DNA of 64,000 nt, taken from positions 13,392,001-13,456,000 of the forward strand of contig NC_088813.1 in the NCBI RefSeq assembly GCF_011386835.1, in the 5' to 3' direction. Within the stretch, counting starts at the first letter, position 1. Each line of letters starts with the position of its first letter. Made by a program: the position numbers and the translations under genes. The stretch is from Chrysemys picta bellii. Taxonomy: Eukaryota. A model generated the notes under the pieces. It ran no database searches and was not told where the DNA came from. It worked only from the letters and a program-made list of their open reading frames with translations. Of this stretch, positions 12,161 to 24,440 are shown piece by piece.

Positions 12161-12609
12161 CTATCATAGAGCCAGTGCCCCAAAATTAACGCTGATCTTG
12201 CCTGCCAATCACTAATCTCATAGCCGCAGAGATTAAGGTTGAGAGGAGATATTTGCTGAGTAAGAATTTCCATGAAACATTTGGACAAAGAGAGGTTTCA
12301 TTTCTGGATTGTACTTTGAGCCTTATGGTCAATTTTTAAACAGAGAACGTTGCCCTCTGACGTGTTGGCTGATCTGAGATGTTACGTCAGGAATAAGAGA
12401 CAGGTCTGGTCGTTGCAGAAGCTTGAATGCTCCTGTTATTTCCTCCCTCTGGTAAGGATCATCTTCAAATCAAGTAGAGCTTTGCTAGTGAAGAGACAAA
12501 AATGAAACGGCAGCAACAGGAATAGGAACAATGGGCAGAATTTGAATGTCTTCATTTTGTGCATGTGCAGCTGAATTTCATACTGGTCTGACAGCTCTGG
12601 AACCTCGAG

Positions 12610-12792
12610 GGGTGAGATTTTTGAAGGTATGTAGGCATCTAAAGATGCAGGTGAGCATCTGCAGGGATTTTAAAATGCACCTCGGTGCCTAACTCCCATT
12701 AGTTTGCCCAACCTGCTCAGGTGCTTTCGTAATTCTCAGTAGCTGCCTATCCGCATCTTCAGGCACTTAGGTACCTTTAAAAATTTGGCCTA
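12610..12792. mobile_element. Palindromic MITE (GGGCCAGAT-type ends, probably PIF/Harbinger)
   Basis: Imperfect long inverted repeat (gattttTgaaggtatgtaggcatctaaagatgc / gcatcttcaggcacttaggtacctttaaaaatttggcc); related copies near 26908, 35725, 41355 and 45435. Confidence 0.6.
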
Positions 12793-14457
12793 AGGCCTCT
12801 ATCAACAGAACACGTAGAGCACACGCAGGCTCCCTTCGCTTCCCAAACATTATTCAATCAGTATACTTAGCCCGTGGGGCTTATGCAGTCCTGCCCCTGG
12901 CCTCACTTCTGAGACTCCCAACAGGGGGAGCCAACTGCCGTGGAAGTTGGCTCCGCAAAATTTCCCTGATTAATGCAAAAATAGGAGGCTAAACCAGTGT
13001 CCAGGGTGGGGAGTGTGTGCCCTTGGGCCACAGGTCCAGCTGAGCTGTGCTTGGCCAGGATGGGGGTGCAAAAGTCACTATGTCACCTTTATACCCTTCC
13101 TCTGACACTGGGGCCAATTCATCCCCCTGTACGAGTTAGAGCAGCCTCGGGGCAGCTCTAACTTATGCCAGCTGGTAATGGCCCCCAATGGGCTGTTAGA
13201 TCATATGGGAATCACCAGAGAGCAGCAGTGCTCTGACCACTCCCCTCACTGTCCCCTGTCCCCACATTAGCTGGGCAGCTATGGATTTCTCCAGGGTGGC
13301 AAAAAGAGGCCATAGCATGAGCCAGATCTGGTCTTGCAGTCCCTCTCCTCCATCTGTCTAGATGCTCCCCCTTTAAATATGTGCTTTTAGAACAGCCCAC
13401 CCTCAAATGAATCCCATTCAGATGCTGAACTCTCTGTGCCTCTGGTTTCCTCCCTCATGTGGACACCGGCGAGGCCATCCTCCCTGGGCCCTGTCTCTCC
13501 TCTGTCTATCTCAGCCTCATTAATACCCAGTAACATCTTCTTTGTAACCTGCACTGAGGCTGCATTACAAGGGCCTTGTTCAGATCAGAAGGCACAGTTG
13601 TTCTTGCCCTCTGACCTGTGCAGTCACACCTAACTAACCTGCTCAGGACACCTCAGCTTTTCATCTCCTAGGTCACAGCAAACACCTTGCAGCTGTAACT
13701 CACAGAGTCCCAGGAGTTGGAAAGAATCCACTCCAAGGTTCCTGTTAATTTTTACCTGTATTTCTCTCTTCACCCAGCTGTGTGTGGAAAGTGTAACTTG
13801 ATCTGTGTCCTGCCCAGACAGGCGCTAGCTCTGGGCTCCTTCACAGCTGGGTGTGCCGGCTGGAACAAAAGTGACATGGCCACTTCCAGAGCCTGAGAGG
13901 TGTTTCTGACACTTCTGTGCCTGCTGTGAGAACAAACTTTTTGCTGAAAGGAACCTGGCAGTGACGGGAGCAGTCCAGTCTGTGCATCTGCTCTAACACA
14001 GTGGCCCCAAGAGATGGAAAAACCTAGCCAAGAGCCTTTTAGGCAAGCACTCAGGCCCCGCAGAGACCATGTTAGCTGAGCCCAGACTATCCATGAATCA
14101 TTGCAACTGTTTGGGAAGGGAAATGTCTAATGGTTAGAGCAAGGAGGCCTGGGTGTCGGATCCCTGGATTCTATTCTCAATTCTGTCCCTGATTTGGATA
14201 AGCCACTTACTCGCGCCGTGCCTCAGTTTACCCATTTGTTACATGGAAACAATAATTCTTCACAGGAGCATGGAAGTTAAATAATTTATGCTAATCAATT
14301 AATCAGTATAATTTATTAGGGCCAAAAACTCCATTTTCAGTCGGTCACAGATTATTTATTAAGTGTACTGCATTAGTGCCAGAACCCCATTGTGCTAGGT
14401 GCAGTACAGACACAAAACAAAAAGACGGATCCTCCCCCAAGAACTGACAATCTAAGC

Positions 14458-14654
14458 CCGGGGTAGTCAAGAGGTAGGTCGGGAACCAAATCTAGACTGC
14501 CAGATGCTTTTGAACAGACCACAAAATCTTTTTATTTACTTATTATCATCTTTATTGTTACTATTTTTGTATTATTTTCTCTGGAGTCTGGAACTTTGAC
14601 TATACCTTGACCAAGAAACTTGGACCTTGACAAAAAAAGAATTGATTACCCCTG
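14458..14654. mobile_element. hAT-type MITE inserted in a MIR-like relic
   Basis: Ends CCGGGGTAGTCAA / TTGATTACCCCTG; degenerate TSD atctaagc / actaagca. Confidence 0.6.
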
Positions 14655-14989
14655 ACTAAGCAATCACAGATGTGTCAGCTTAGTACTACAGAACCACTGT
14701 CACTTGGGGCAAGCTTTACAAACTCCGGTGACGATTCTCCATGCTGCAAGGCACAGAGACACTAACGGGGGCAGGAATGGAATATTCCCAGTGAAAGGGA
14801 CTCCACACCGCAGTAGGGCCAAACTAATATCGGGGTTGGGGAGTGGGGACAGGGAGGGGGAGTGCTTAGACCACTGCTGCTCTCTCTGGTGAGCCCCATC
14901 TGATCTAACAGCCCTTTGTGAGTCATTAACAGCTGGCACAAACTGGAGCTGCCCCAAGGCCATTCTAACTTCTGATCTGAATGGGTTTT

Positions 14990-15287
14990 TCCCAAGCATT
15001 CCAAAATCATGAGTCAGGCCCCCACCAAAATCATGTGATTAACTTCAAATTCAGGAGGGTTTTTGAGAGCAGGTAAATAATAAATTCTTTTCCTTTTGCC
15101 TTCTGGTGTTGGAGGCCTTAGGCCACACTTGGGGTCACACTTTCAAGCTTTTCTCTGCGACCACAGGGACTAGAAACTTACTGTTTATTTTTTAAATGGA
15201 GGCTGCGACTCATGTACTCACCTCACTCCAATAGCAGGGGCCTTAAGGCAAACATCAAATTGCGTGAGATTCATGGTGGCAACACTG
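14990..15287. mobile_element. hAT (Tip100-like) non-autonomous element; relatives at about 29694, 29841-30416 and 61169-61485
   Basis: Shared aaaatcatgagtc and tttcaagcttttctctgc blocks; TIR CAGTGTTGCCA / TGGCAACACTG. Confidence 0.55.
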
Positions 15288-15455
15288 CCACCAGCATGGA
15301 ACATCTGGAGCAGCTGTTTGCTAGCCCAGCTCCCAGCCCCAGGGGTGTCAGGAAGGGCGGGGGTAAGCGGAGCACACTGCGCTACAGCTATTCTCGACTT
15401 CCCAAGGCCCATAAGACCCTAAATACAGAGGAAGATGCATGGTCCCCAAGTGGCT

Positions 15456-15602
15456 CCACAGCGTTGTGAGTTCAGTCCTTGAGGGGGCCACTTAGGGATC
15501 TGGGGCAAAATCAGTACTTGGTCCTGCTAGTGAAGGCAGGGGGCTGGACTCGATGACCTTTCAAGGTCCCTTCCAGTTCTAGGAGATGGATATCTCCATT
15601 AT
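15456..15602 (+). mobile_element. 5'-truncated tRNA-derived SINE with CR1-like tail
   Basis: B-box remnant gtgagttcagtcc, then ggactcgatgacctttcaaggtcccttccagttcta. Confidence 0.75.
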
Positions 15603-16443
15603 AAAAATAAAAAACACAGGGATTGTAAAGGAGAGTTAAAGCCCCCTTTGCCTCACCCACCCCCACTTTCTATTCCTGTGCTCAGTTCAGGGACAGACTA
15701 ACGAAGAATCGTGGCCTCTCGTTCTTGTTTCAGGAAAGTTGTATGTGGTCTATGCGAGACATAAGGCCCTTATGGCAGGGACAGTGTCTTTCATTGGGTT
15801 TTGTACAGCACCAGGCACACTAGCCGAGATCCCTACGTAATCACGCTAAGCGCAGAACAGGTTTTTTTATTACAATGCTCAAAAAGCAAACACACTGTAA
15901 CTCGTGATGAACATACAGGGAGGGATTCATCAGGGGTTTGGAATGATAGATAAAAGTTTGCAATTTAGAAAGATGTTTTAGAAAAGAACATTTGAAAAAC
16001 ATCTCATTCAATTGCCATGTGCATTGTCTGTGCTCCTTTGTAAAACAGGGATAATGACATGGCCCCTCTCTGGTAAGGTGCTTTGGGAGCGCTGGATGAG
16101 AAGCACCATATCAATGCTAAATGTTTTATTTCCTTCCCCATCTCTAGTGATTGCACCAGGATGTAAGTGCGTGAACAGCAGCCTTTTCCTTTCTAATCAG
16201 ACTGCTCCATTCAGTGATATGCGGGCCAGGGCTGCTGATGCCCCACTTTATAGCCGGGTAAGTGATTGTATTGTCACAGCTGCTGAATAGCATCATCGCT
16301 GCATGAATCGTTCAGGCCAAGGGAGCAGATTAGAGAGGACACAGCTTCTGTTTACACACAAATAGCTTGTAAGTCAGTAAAGAAGGGGCAGGAAACACAG
16401 AAAAGTACATGACATTTTAGTAGGGCTGTCTGTCCGTCTAAGG

Positions 16444-16613
16444 CAGAGTTTTCAACCTTTTTTCATTTGCAGATCCCTTTGGAAATCTCAGACATAGCCT
16501 GTGGACCCCAGGTTGAAAACCACTGTTCTATGGTAACGATATCCTTTCGCAGACCCCTTAAACATAGTCTGTGGACCCTCAGGGGGCTGCAGACCACAGG
16601 TTGAAAACCACTG
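16444..16613. mobile_element. hAT (Charlie-like) MITE
   Basis: TIRs CAGAGTTTTCAACC / GGTTGAAAACCACTG; perfect 8-bp TSD GTCTAAGG. Confidence 0.85.
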
Positions 16614-19600
16614 GTCTAAGGCATTTCCTGTGTGCCCATCACTATAGTATCTAGATGCTAAAGGATCTGATGGGCATGGGATTTGATAACACGCTATTGT
16701 TGACACATCACATGTTTACACTTTGTAAAGTTGTCTGCAGCCTAATCGTGAGAGTTTGAATTAGGTGAAGGTGCAGCTCCCGAACGACGGACAAAGCAGC
16801 AGGGCTGCCTAGCACCTGCCCCCGGCTTGCTGTCATTCAGCCCACGTGGACATCTGTGCAGCCTGGCCCCGATGCAGGAACACATGCCTATCCAGGATAG
16901 CACCTAAGCATTGAAGGCATATGCCCTGGTGTCTTCAATGGAACTTAGTTGCATGCTTAAAGTTAAGAATGCATTGAAGTCCCTACCTGAATCAGGACTG
17001 GGGTGTGTTGATCAGGCAGTACTTGGTTTCAGCCAGGAGCTGGTCAGCCATTGGGACATGGCTTATGCAAATGACCCTCCCATGAGCCCTTGGAAGGAAC
17101 TGTGAGCGTGTCTGAAACTCCTGCAAACCACAAGTTGCAATACAAAAGACAGGCAGCTGCAGTGATGAGGAGGGATCAGAAAGCTTTGGGAAATGTGTCT
17201 GTGAATATTAATACTGAATGGCAATTAGGAGGACATTGTCAAAAGACAGCTCATAATTTTAGAATCAGCGCATTGTTGTTACAAACTTCCCCTCAGCAGC
17301 ATGACCCTGAAAGCTCTTTGCTAGCTCCATCCATGCACACGTCTCATGAGCACAGTGGGTTGTCAATAATGTGGGGTTATCATCAAGGGCTGGGCTCTGT
17401 CTTCAGCAGTTTGTTCATGTAGGGTTGCTCATGCGTGCTGAGCTGCACGCACACACGTGTTTATGAGTGTAGGGGTGTACATGATTGCTGGGCCACACAC
17501 ACACATGCTCACATTTATTATTGTAGGGCTGGTCTTGGGGTTGTAGTACCAGAGATTGCACTGAGGTTTTGGCTGCTTTAGACAAAAGAGCACTGACAAA
17601 CGTTTTGCAAAAGGATCTGAACATGACACAGACTCTGCAGGGAGAAATAAAGGGAAAAAAAAAACACATCCTTTTGATTTTGGACCTACCAGCTTTAATG
17701 TCATCCACTGAATAGAAGTTCAACTCGTGTGCATGGCCGTAGCTGATTTTTGGACATCCCAGCTTTGAAGCAAAACTATAAGAATTAAAACAGGAGGTAA
17801 GTTTCTCTCCCACGTGTTTGGGGGTCAAACATTGCCAATTCCCAGCCTCCTGCAGCCTCTTCTTTCTGCAGGACTGGGAGCATCCTCACAACACAGCTTG
17901 GCTTTCGCTGTTTGGTGCCTGAACCTGCTTCTGAGAAGTGTGTGGAGCCATCAGGACAAGGAAGCAGTGGGAAGTCGGAGCATCAGTGCCACCGACATAA
18001 GCAAAGGGATTGTCTGGAGGATACTTCGTGGCACAAGGGAAAGGAACAGGGCTTGCTCTGCCGAGCCTCGGCGTGAGCAGACCCCCACCCAGAAGACACA
18101 GGAGTTCTGTGGTGTAGCCACGATGGCTATTATCATTATTTGTATAACAGTAGCACTGAGAGGCCCCCAGCTGAGATCAGCATCCCATTGTGTTCGGTGC
18201 TGTGTAGATAGAGAGGGAGAGAGAGTCTATACCTCAAAGAGCTTAGAGCATAAATAGACAAAGGATGGGAGAAGAGACTTGCCACAGGGTTACCCAGCAG
18301 GTCAATAGCAGAGTTAGGAACAGAACCCAGGTCTCCTAAGTCCCAACCCAGTGTCCTACCCAATGGACCATGCTGCCACTCTAGCACCAGTCGGGGGTCA
18401 GCCTCTCCCTGCTGCAGCTTTTTTGCCTTTCTTGGAGAAAAACCTGGCTCCAACCCTTCACGCCAGATTTCGCTCCTCCACTTTGCCGAGACGGAGCTAG
18501 AACAGGCTAGAGGAGCTGCAAAGTGGGCTCCCACCTAGCCCTAGCCCCAGTGCTCTTAGGGTTCCCCCCTGGAGTCATCTCATAGCTCGCTCTCTCCGTC
18601 AGCCACTAACTTGGAAAGAGCTTCCCAGTCCAGCCACGTGGAGGTGGGGGTGGTTCCCAGTACAGCTCGCTGCAGGTGGAGGTGGAGGGTGATTTGGCTG
18701 AAGGAAGGCTGGGCAAATGCAGCAATAGGAAATTTTATTTACTCCTCCAAGGAGGGAGGGGGCTGGCTCTGCTCCTCTCAACCCCAGATCCCCCTGTTTT
18801 ACTCTGGGAAGGGGCTGATGCTGTGATTCTCACCCCCGAGCCCTCCTGTCTCACCCAGGCAGGGGGCTGTCTCTGCCCCTTTAAACCCCAGAGCCCCCTT
18901 TATCCTCCTCTGAAGCTCTCCCCGTAACCCTAACCTTGAGCCCCCACTCTCCCATGGGGCAACTCTCCCACGGGACAACTGCTGTCATGAGAAAGCCGCT
19001 TTTCTCTTTTTCACCCTTCCCTTTAAGCCAGTAGGGCCGACAGAAAGGGCCTAGGCAACTGGGAGAAGCTAAAAACTGCCAGCGATTGTAACCACCCTGC
19101 GGGCCCCAGCTCCGGGTGCCTCATTCCCCACAGTCACTCTATTGTCTGCACAAAGACAAGTTCCAAGCTCCTTCAGGAACATGGGAAATAGTGGGTGGTT
19201 GGCAGCCTTGGCCTCTTCCCTTTCATCTTTCACCCCCCACCACCACGGCCAGATGAGTTTTTAGTCTATTTTCTCCTCTTCTCCTTCCTCCTCCTCCTCC
19301 CCCCAGTCTCACTAGCTTTCTCCTGGTGTCTCCATCCGCTCGGTCTCTCCGTCCAGGCGCCTGCCTGAGAGCTCTTGATCTGATTCCCACATCGCACAAA
19401 CAGCCCTGGATGTTTTGAACAGGGTTGCAAGTCTCTTTAGTGAAGGGTTGAATGCCAGACCCCCAGGACAGGAGAGGAAGCCTCCTGCAGACCCGCTACA
19501 AACAACTCGCCCAGCCAGTGGCAACAGGACTCCTCTGGATTTTTGGCATAATTCAGAACAGCTGCTGGGAATGAATTCTATGATTAAATGTGGAGAGCGA

Positions 19601-19884
19601 GCTCCTCTGGGGGGTGGCAGCTCCAAGTCACTGGAGCAGCACCACAGTGGGGGAGCCAGAGCGTGGCCCCTTAATATCCACATCAGGCTACATTGCCACA
19701 GGGGGGTGGAGATGCCCATGAGTGAACATGGACACAACTGTCCTCCCAACCTGCTATAGAGGGTGCAGACACAAGGACCATTGGTGCAGCCCTCACCACA
19801 ATTAATCCTATTTACCCCTTTCAGTTGGGGGGTCCCAAAGTCTATTACTGGCATTACTGATTTAATCCCAAACAACCCCTCCAG

Positions 19885-20045
19885 TGAGGGAGGCAAGCAT
19901 CACCCTTATTCACAGATGGGGAAACTGAGGCACGGAGCTGGGAAATGACTTGCCCAGGGTCATGCAGTGAGCGAGGGGCAGAGCTGGGAACAGAACCTCT
20001 GTTCCCGCTTCCCAAGCCGAGGCTGTAACCACAAGGCCCACTCCT
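19885..20045 (-). mobile_element. MIR/CORE-SINE-like relic
   Basis: ttcacagatggggaaactgaggcacggagctgggaaatgacttgcccagggtca. Confidence 0.65.
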
Positions 20046-21128
20046 CACAAAGGAGTCCTGGGGTGAAAGAACAGGGGAGCTGCGCAGCCTTCTCACTCAG
20101 TCTAGGACAAGGCGTTCCCCTCAGCCCTGGGCTACACTGACTGAGCAGCGTGGAAACAACACACTCCCTTGTCTCCTAGAACATAACCACTGCCCTGCTC
20201 AATGAATTAACCTCAGCTGGTTCTAAGCTTCCTGGGAAAGGGTTTGCTCTGCTCAGAGGTGCCCAAATACCTTCCTATCTTAGTCTGGTTAGCCTGCCCC
20301 GGCCCCTTTCTAGAGCAATCAGGGAGGGCTGCAGCTCCTGTGATTACCTCCCATCATCCCAACACTGCATTTACATTCCCTTCCTGCAAATCGCATGAAA
20401 TTAAAGCAAATCAACAACACGATTATGCCCATCGCATGCACAGAGGGATGGGATGACACCCATGAGATAAGGATGAGTCTGTGACATGAAGCAACAAATC
20501 CAGGCAAGGTGATGCTTCAGACAAACCCTCCACCCCCAGCAAGGGCCCCCCGAGGGTTCATTTTGGTGCATTAGGTAAGGAGCCAGTGTGCTGCCTCCTC
20601 ACGGCACAGCCTTAATATATTGGACTCAATTCATCCCTGATGTAACAATGAAGGCAATGGAATTACACCAGGAATCAGCCTGGCCCATATTGCTTTGTAC
20701 AGGGATTGCCTGGGGGGGGTTAAAGAGTTGAAACGAATTAACTAGTTCTAGTACGTACGAGTTCTACATGTGCAAACTGCCTCCTTTCGAATCGTGCCTA
20801 TCCGTCCGTGTTCGTTCACAGCGCACCCATCAGTGCCGGAACTCAGCATCAATGGGTACTTACATGTTGGAACATGTACAAAAGGTGTCTTTAAAGATTC
20901 ATGCCTACCACAAGCTCACACAAGGTTGGCCACACCCTCTCACTAGAATCCCTGGGGAAGGGGTGATGGGAGTGATGGGAACAAACCCTATGGATTTTCT
21001 AAAATGGAGACTTTTATAAAAACTTTCTCCTGAACCCTCGGACTTTCCTCTCCTGCAGATCAGTGAGCGGAAGTGTAGCCTCTAGGATAGGTGAGATACT
21101 GGGAGCCATGGGCAGAGGGTGTCACAGG

Positions 21129-21233
21129 TAGAGTGACCAGATGTCCCGATTTTATAGGGACAGTCCTGATTTTTGGGTCTTTTTCTTATATAGGCTCCTA
21201 TTACCCCCACCCCCGTCCCGATTTGTCACCCTA
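21129..21233. mobile_element. Small hAT MITE (TAGGGTGACCA-type ends)
   Basis: Ends TAGAGTGACCAGATGTCCCG / TGTCACCCTA; flanks gtcacagg / gttgcagg (6/8 match). Confidence 0.65.
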
Positions 21234-22009
21234 GTTGCAGGCCAGGGGTGGCTAAGCCTCCCCAAACAGCCATGCGTGGCCCCACCCACACTCCGCCCCA
21301 AGGCCCCCTCCTGCCTCCAGGGGCACTCTTTCCCTGTAGCCGGGGCTAGGGGGGGTGGCTGGAGCCATGCCACTCACCTGACCGATGCTCCGGGGCTCGG
21401 GGCTGGGGTGGGGGGACTAGTGGCCGGGGGGGGATGGGAACTCTGGGCTCCAGTGGGGGATGGGGGTGGGGCCTCAGGCAAAAGGGGCAGGGCCGGGACA
21501 GGCTGCCCACGCTGAGAGCTGTAGCAATTGTAAGGGTTTGTTTTAAACACAGGAGGTAATGTCTGGGCCAACCAGAAGAAGGCAACACTGGTACAGGGGT
21601 AGGGGTCATAGATCATATAGGCCAATCTCTGCAAATCAGGATGATGCAGGCAACAGGAGAGAGGGTCATATGTGGGGATGGGAATGGGGCTGTAACAACA
21701 GGGGAGAGAAGGTGGGTACCAGACAAGAGTCTGGAACAGAGCAGTGAGCAGCTAAAGGCTTTGCTGGGACTGTTCCATTCCTCTTTGCTTCCTCGCCAGC
21801 AGAGCGGATGTTGCGATATTGCATTGCACTGGGAGAGCAAAGTCACTCTCATGCCAAGAGAAATACACACAGAATGAGAACAAAGGAGCAAATGAGGGCC
21901 ACACCCTGGAATTAAGAACAAGGGCTGCACTATTTGAGTCATATCACTCAGCTACTCCCCCAGGAGATCTTGGGAGACCTCGGGTATCAGTGCAGGAAAA
22001 GAGGCGGCC

Positions 22010-22520
22010 ACACACACAGCCAGAGCTAGGGAAACGCCCAGATGCACACATACAGTCAGAGACGCACAAACAGTCATGGAAACACAGGCTGAGTGTCATG
22101 GAAACACACACACACACACACACAGAGGCAGGGAGACACATAGGGACGGGTCACAGAGAAGCAAGAAAGATACAGTCAGGGAGACACACATACACAGTCA
22201 AGGAGATGCACAGAATCAGTCAGGAAAGCACACGGCGAACCAAGGAAACACATTGAACTAGAAGTAGGAAACAGACACTCACACAGAGTCAGGGAGGTGC
22301 ACAGGGAAACACACAGAGATGGCCAAGGAGATCCACAGCGACACACAAAGGGCACACACAAGGCAAGGAGACACACAGACAGGGCCTCCCACCTACAGTG
22401 TCAATATCACACACTGAGTCTGTGCCAGACAAACACAAGTGACCCACGGTCAAGGCACCCCAGGCAGAGTCAGGGGCGCTCTCTCTCTCTCACACACACA
22501 AACAGACACACAGTAATGGA
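22010..22520. repeat. Degenerate CA/GA-rich minisatellite-like tract including (CA)n at about 22104-22123
   Basis: Recurring CAGTCAGGGAGACACACA-like units; T-poor plus strand. Confidence 0.6.
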
Positions 22521-24166
22521 GGACATGGGCTCACACATCCATACACACAAGTGTCCAGCACTGGAGCTGTCATGCACTCAGGCATGCTGATACCAAGTGC
22601 CGAGTTGTTATTCCCGGGGGGAAGCCATTTAGCTGACTGGTCTTTTCTCAGCATTGAGTCAGGATTGGCAAAAGGATCTTTCTCCCCTCTCAGCGTCAGA
22701 GCAAACCTCAGCAAAGCGAGAGCTGCTGCAGCGGACAAAGTCCAGGGGTGCCCCGTTCCTGAAATCTCTCTCCACTAGCAGCCTGGTCCCAAAAACTGCC
22801 CTGACAGCAGTTTAGCTTTACGTGATGTCCATGGGCATCCGGAGAAGAAGCTGCAGTGTGAGAACGATTGTAAGCTCCTTGGGGTAGTAATGTTCCCTTC
22901 TTACGTGTCACAAAGCACAAGGTGCACCACAAATACGGCACAGACTATGCAGAGCACTGGAGAGAGGCTGGATCAGACCCCTGACATCCCTGTTCTCAGG
23001 TTGCGACAAGCCTTCCTGTAGTACCAGCTGCCTGGCTGACAGTCAGGAGTAGAAATGAGTTTCCTGCAAGCAAAGGACTCCACTCTGCTTCCCCAGTTTC
23101 CCCTCATCCCATAAGCACTGCTAAGCAGGAGCCCTTTAAAATGAAAACCACCCTGCCGAGGTGCTGGGATGTCCCAGGGTCCGGGGAAAGGCCTGTGTTT
23201 TCAAGTACTGTCTGAGGACATGTCCCGGTTGCTAAAGACAGAAAGTATTTGCAAGCAAAGGGCTCACACTCCGCTGTGTCAGCGCTGCAGCGTCTGCCCC
23301 AAATGGACACTTCATTGAAGAGCCCTCGGGAACACCTCATCCGTTTTCTTTTCTGCGCAGTAGAAGGAGAGGACACTCTCTTCCCCCCACCTCCGTCTCT
23401 TTTCTTGGTCTTTGTTGGATGCTTCCCACTCCCACCAACGGCCATAGTCTGTGGAACCCACCACACTCTGCCTGCACCATTTCCTAGAGGGATCCTGCTG
23501 CTAGGACGGGAGCCACTGCCCGCTCTCCAATAGCTCGAGCTCCTACACCATCCCCCTACAGTGCCTCCTTCTGGAAAGTGATGAGATTGGTGTAGCGGTG
23601 AGCACCTCCCACCAGTATTCAAATACCATCCTCTGACAGCTCCCCCTGCTGGAAGAGGTCTTTAGTGTAGCAGTTCTAAACCCATCCGGCATGTTGCGTT
23701 ACAGACAGTGTCCAGCCCAATGGGAAATCCTGCAGAGCACTATTCAAACAAGAGCTCACTGGGGAAGAAGAAGGCCTGGTTAAAGGAGAGCTTCCCTGTA
23801 GAAGGAGCAGACTGTCTCATTCCCTCTCTAAAGGCCTGGGCCTGCACCCCCATCTCCTTTCTCACAGGTCAGGGCCATAAAGCACTAGTAGGGGGGACAG
23901 AATGAGGAGGTTATGATGGGATTGAATGGGAAGGGAGGTGAAGGCCAGCTGATGGCAAATGGGAGCAGAGGTAGGAGCAGGCAATAATGAATAGCAAAGG
24001 AGGATGTGAGATGCTGAACGGAGGGGGGCAGGACTTGCATGATCACAAATAGGGAAGAGAGGTGGGGGGCTGGTGATCATGACAGGAAGGAAAGCCAGGC
24101 ACTGGCAAATAGGAAGGGTCCAGATGATTGAGAATGAATCTCTTATAAAGCAGTTCCCATCCATTA

Positions 24167-24440
24167 CATAAGAACAGCCATACTGGGTCAGACCAATGGT
24201 TCGTCTAGGCCAGTATCCTGTCTCTGACAGTGGCTGGTGCCAGATGCTTCAGAGGGAATGAACAGAATAGGGCACTTTATCCAGTGATCCATCCCCTGTC
24301 ATCCAGGCCCAGTTTCTGGCAGTCACATGTTACGGGGCAGTCAGAACATGGCGTTACTTCCCTGACCATCTTGGCTAATAGCCATTGATGGTGTCCTCCA
24401 TGAGCTTATCTAGTTCTTTACTTAACCCAGTTATACATCG
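24167..24440 (-). mobile_element. CR1 LINE 3' end (second subfamily)
   Basis: cataagaacagccatactgggtcagaccaatgg...ccagtatcctgtc, the reverse complement of a CR1 3' tail; relative at about 42230-42300. Confidence 0.75.
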
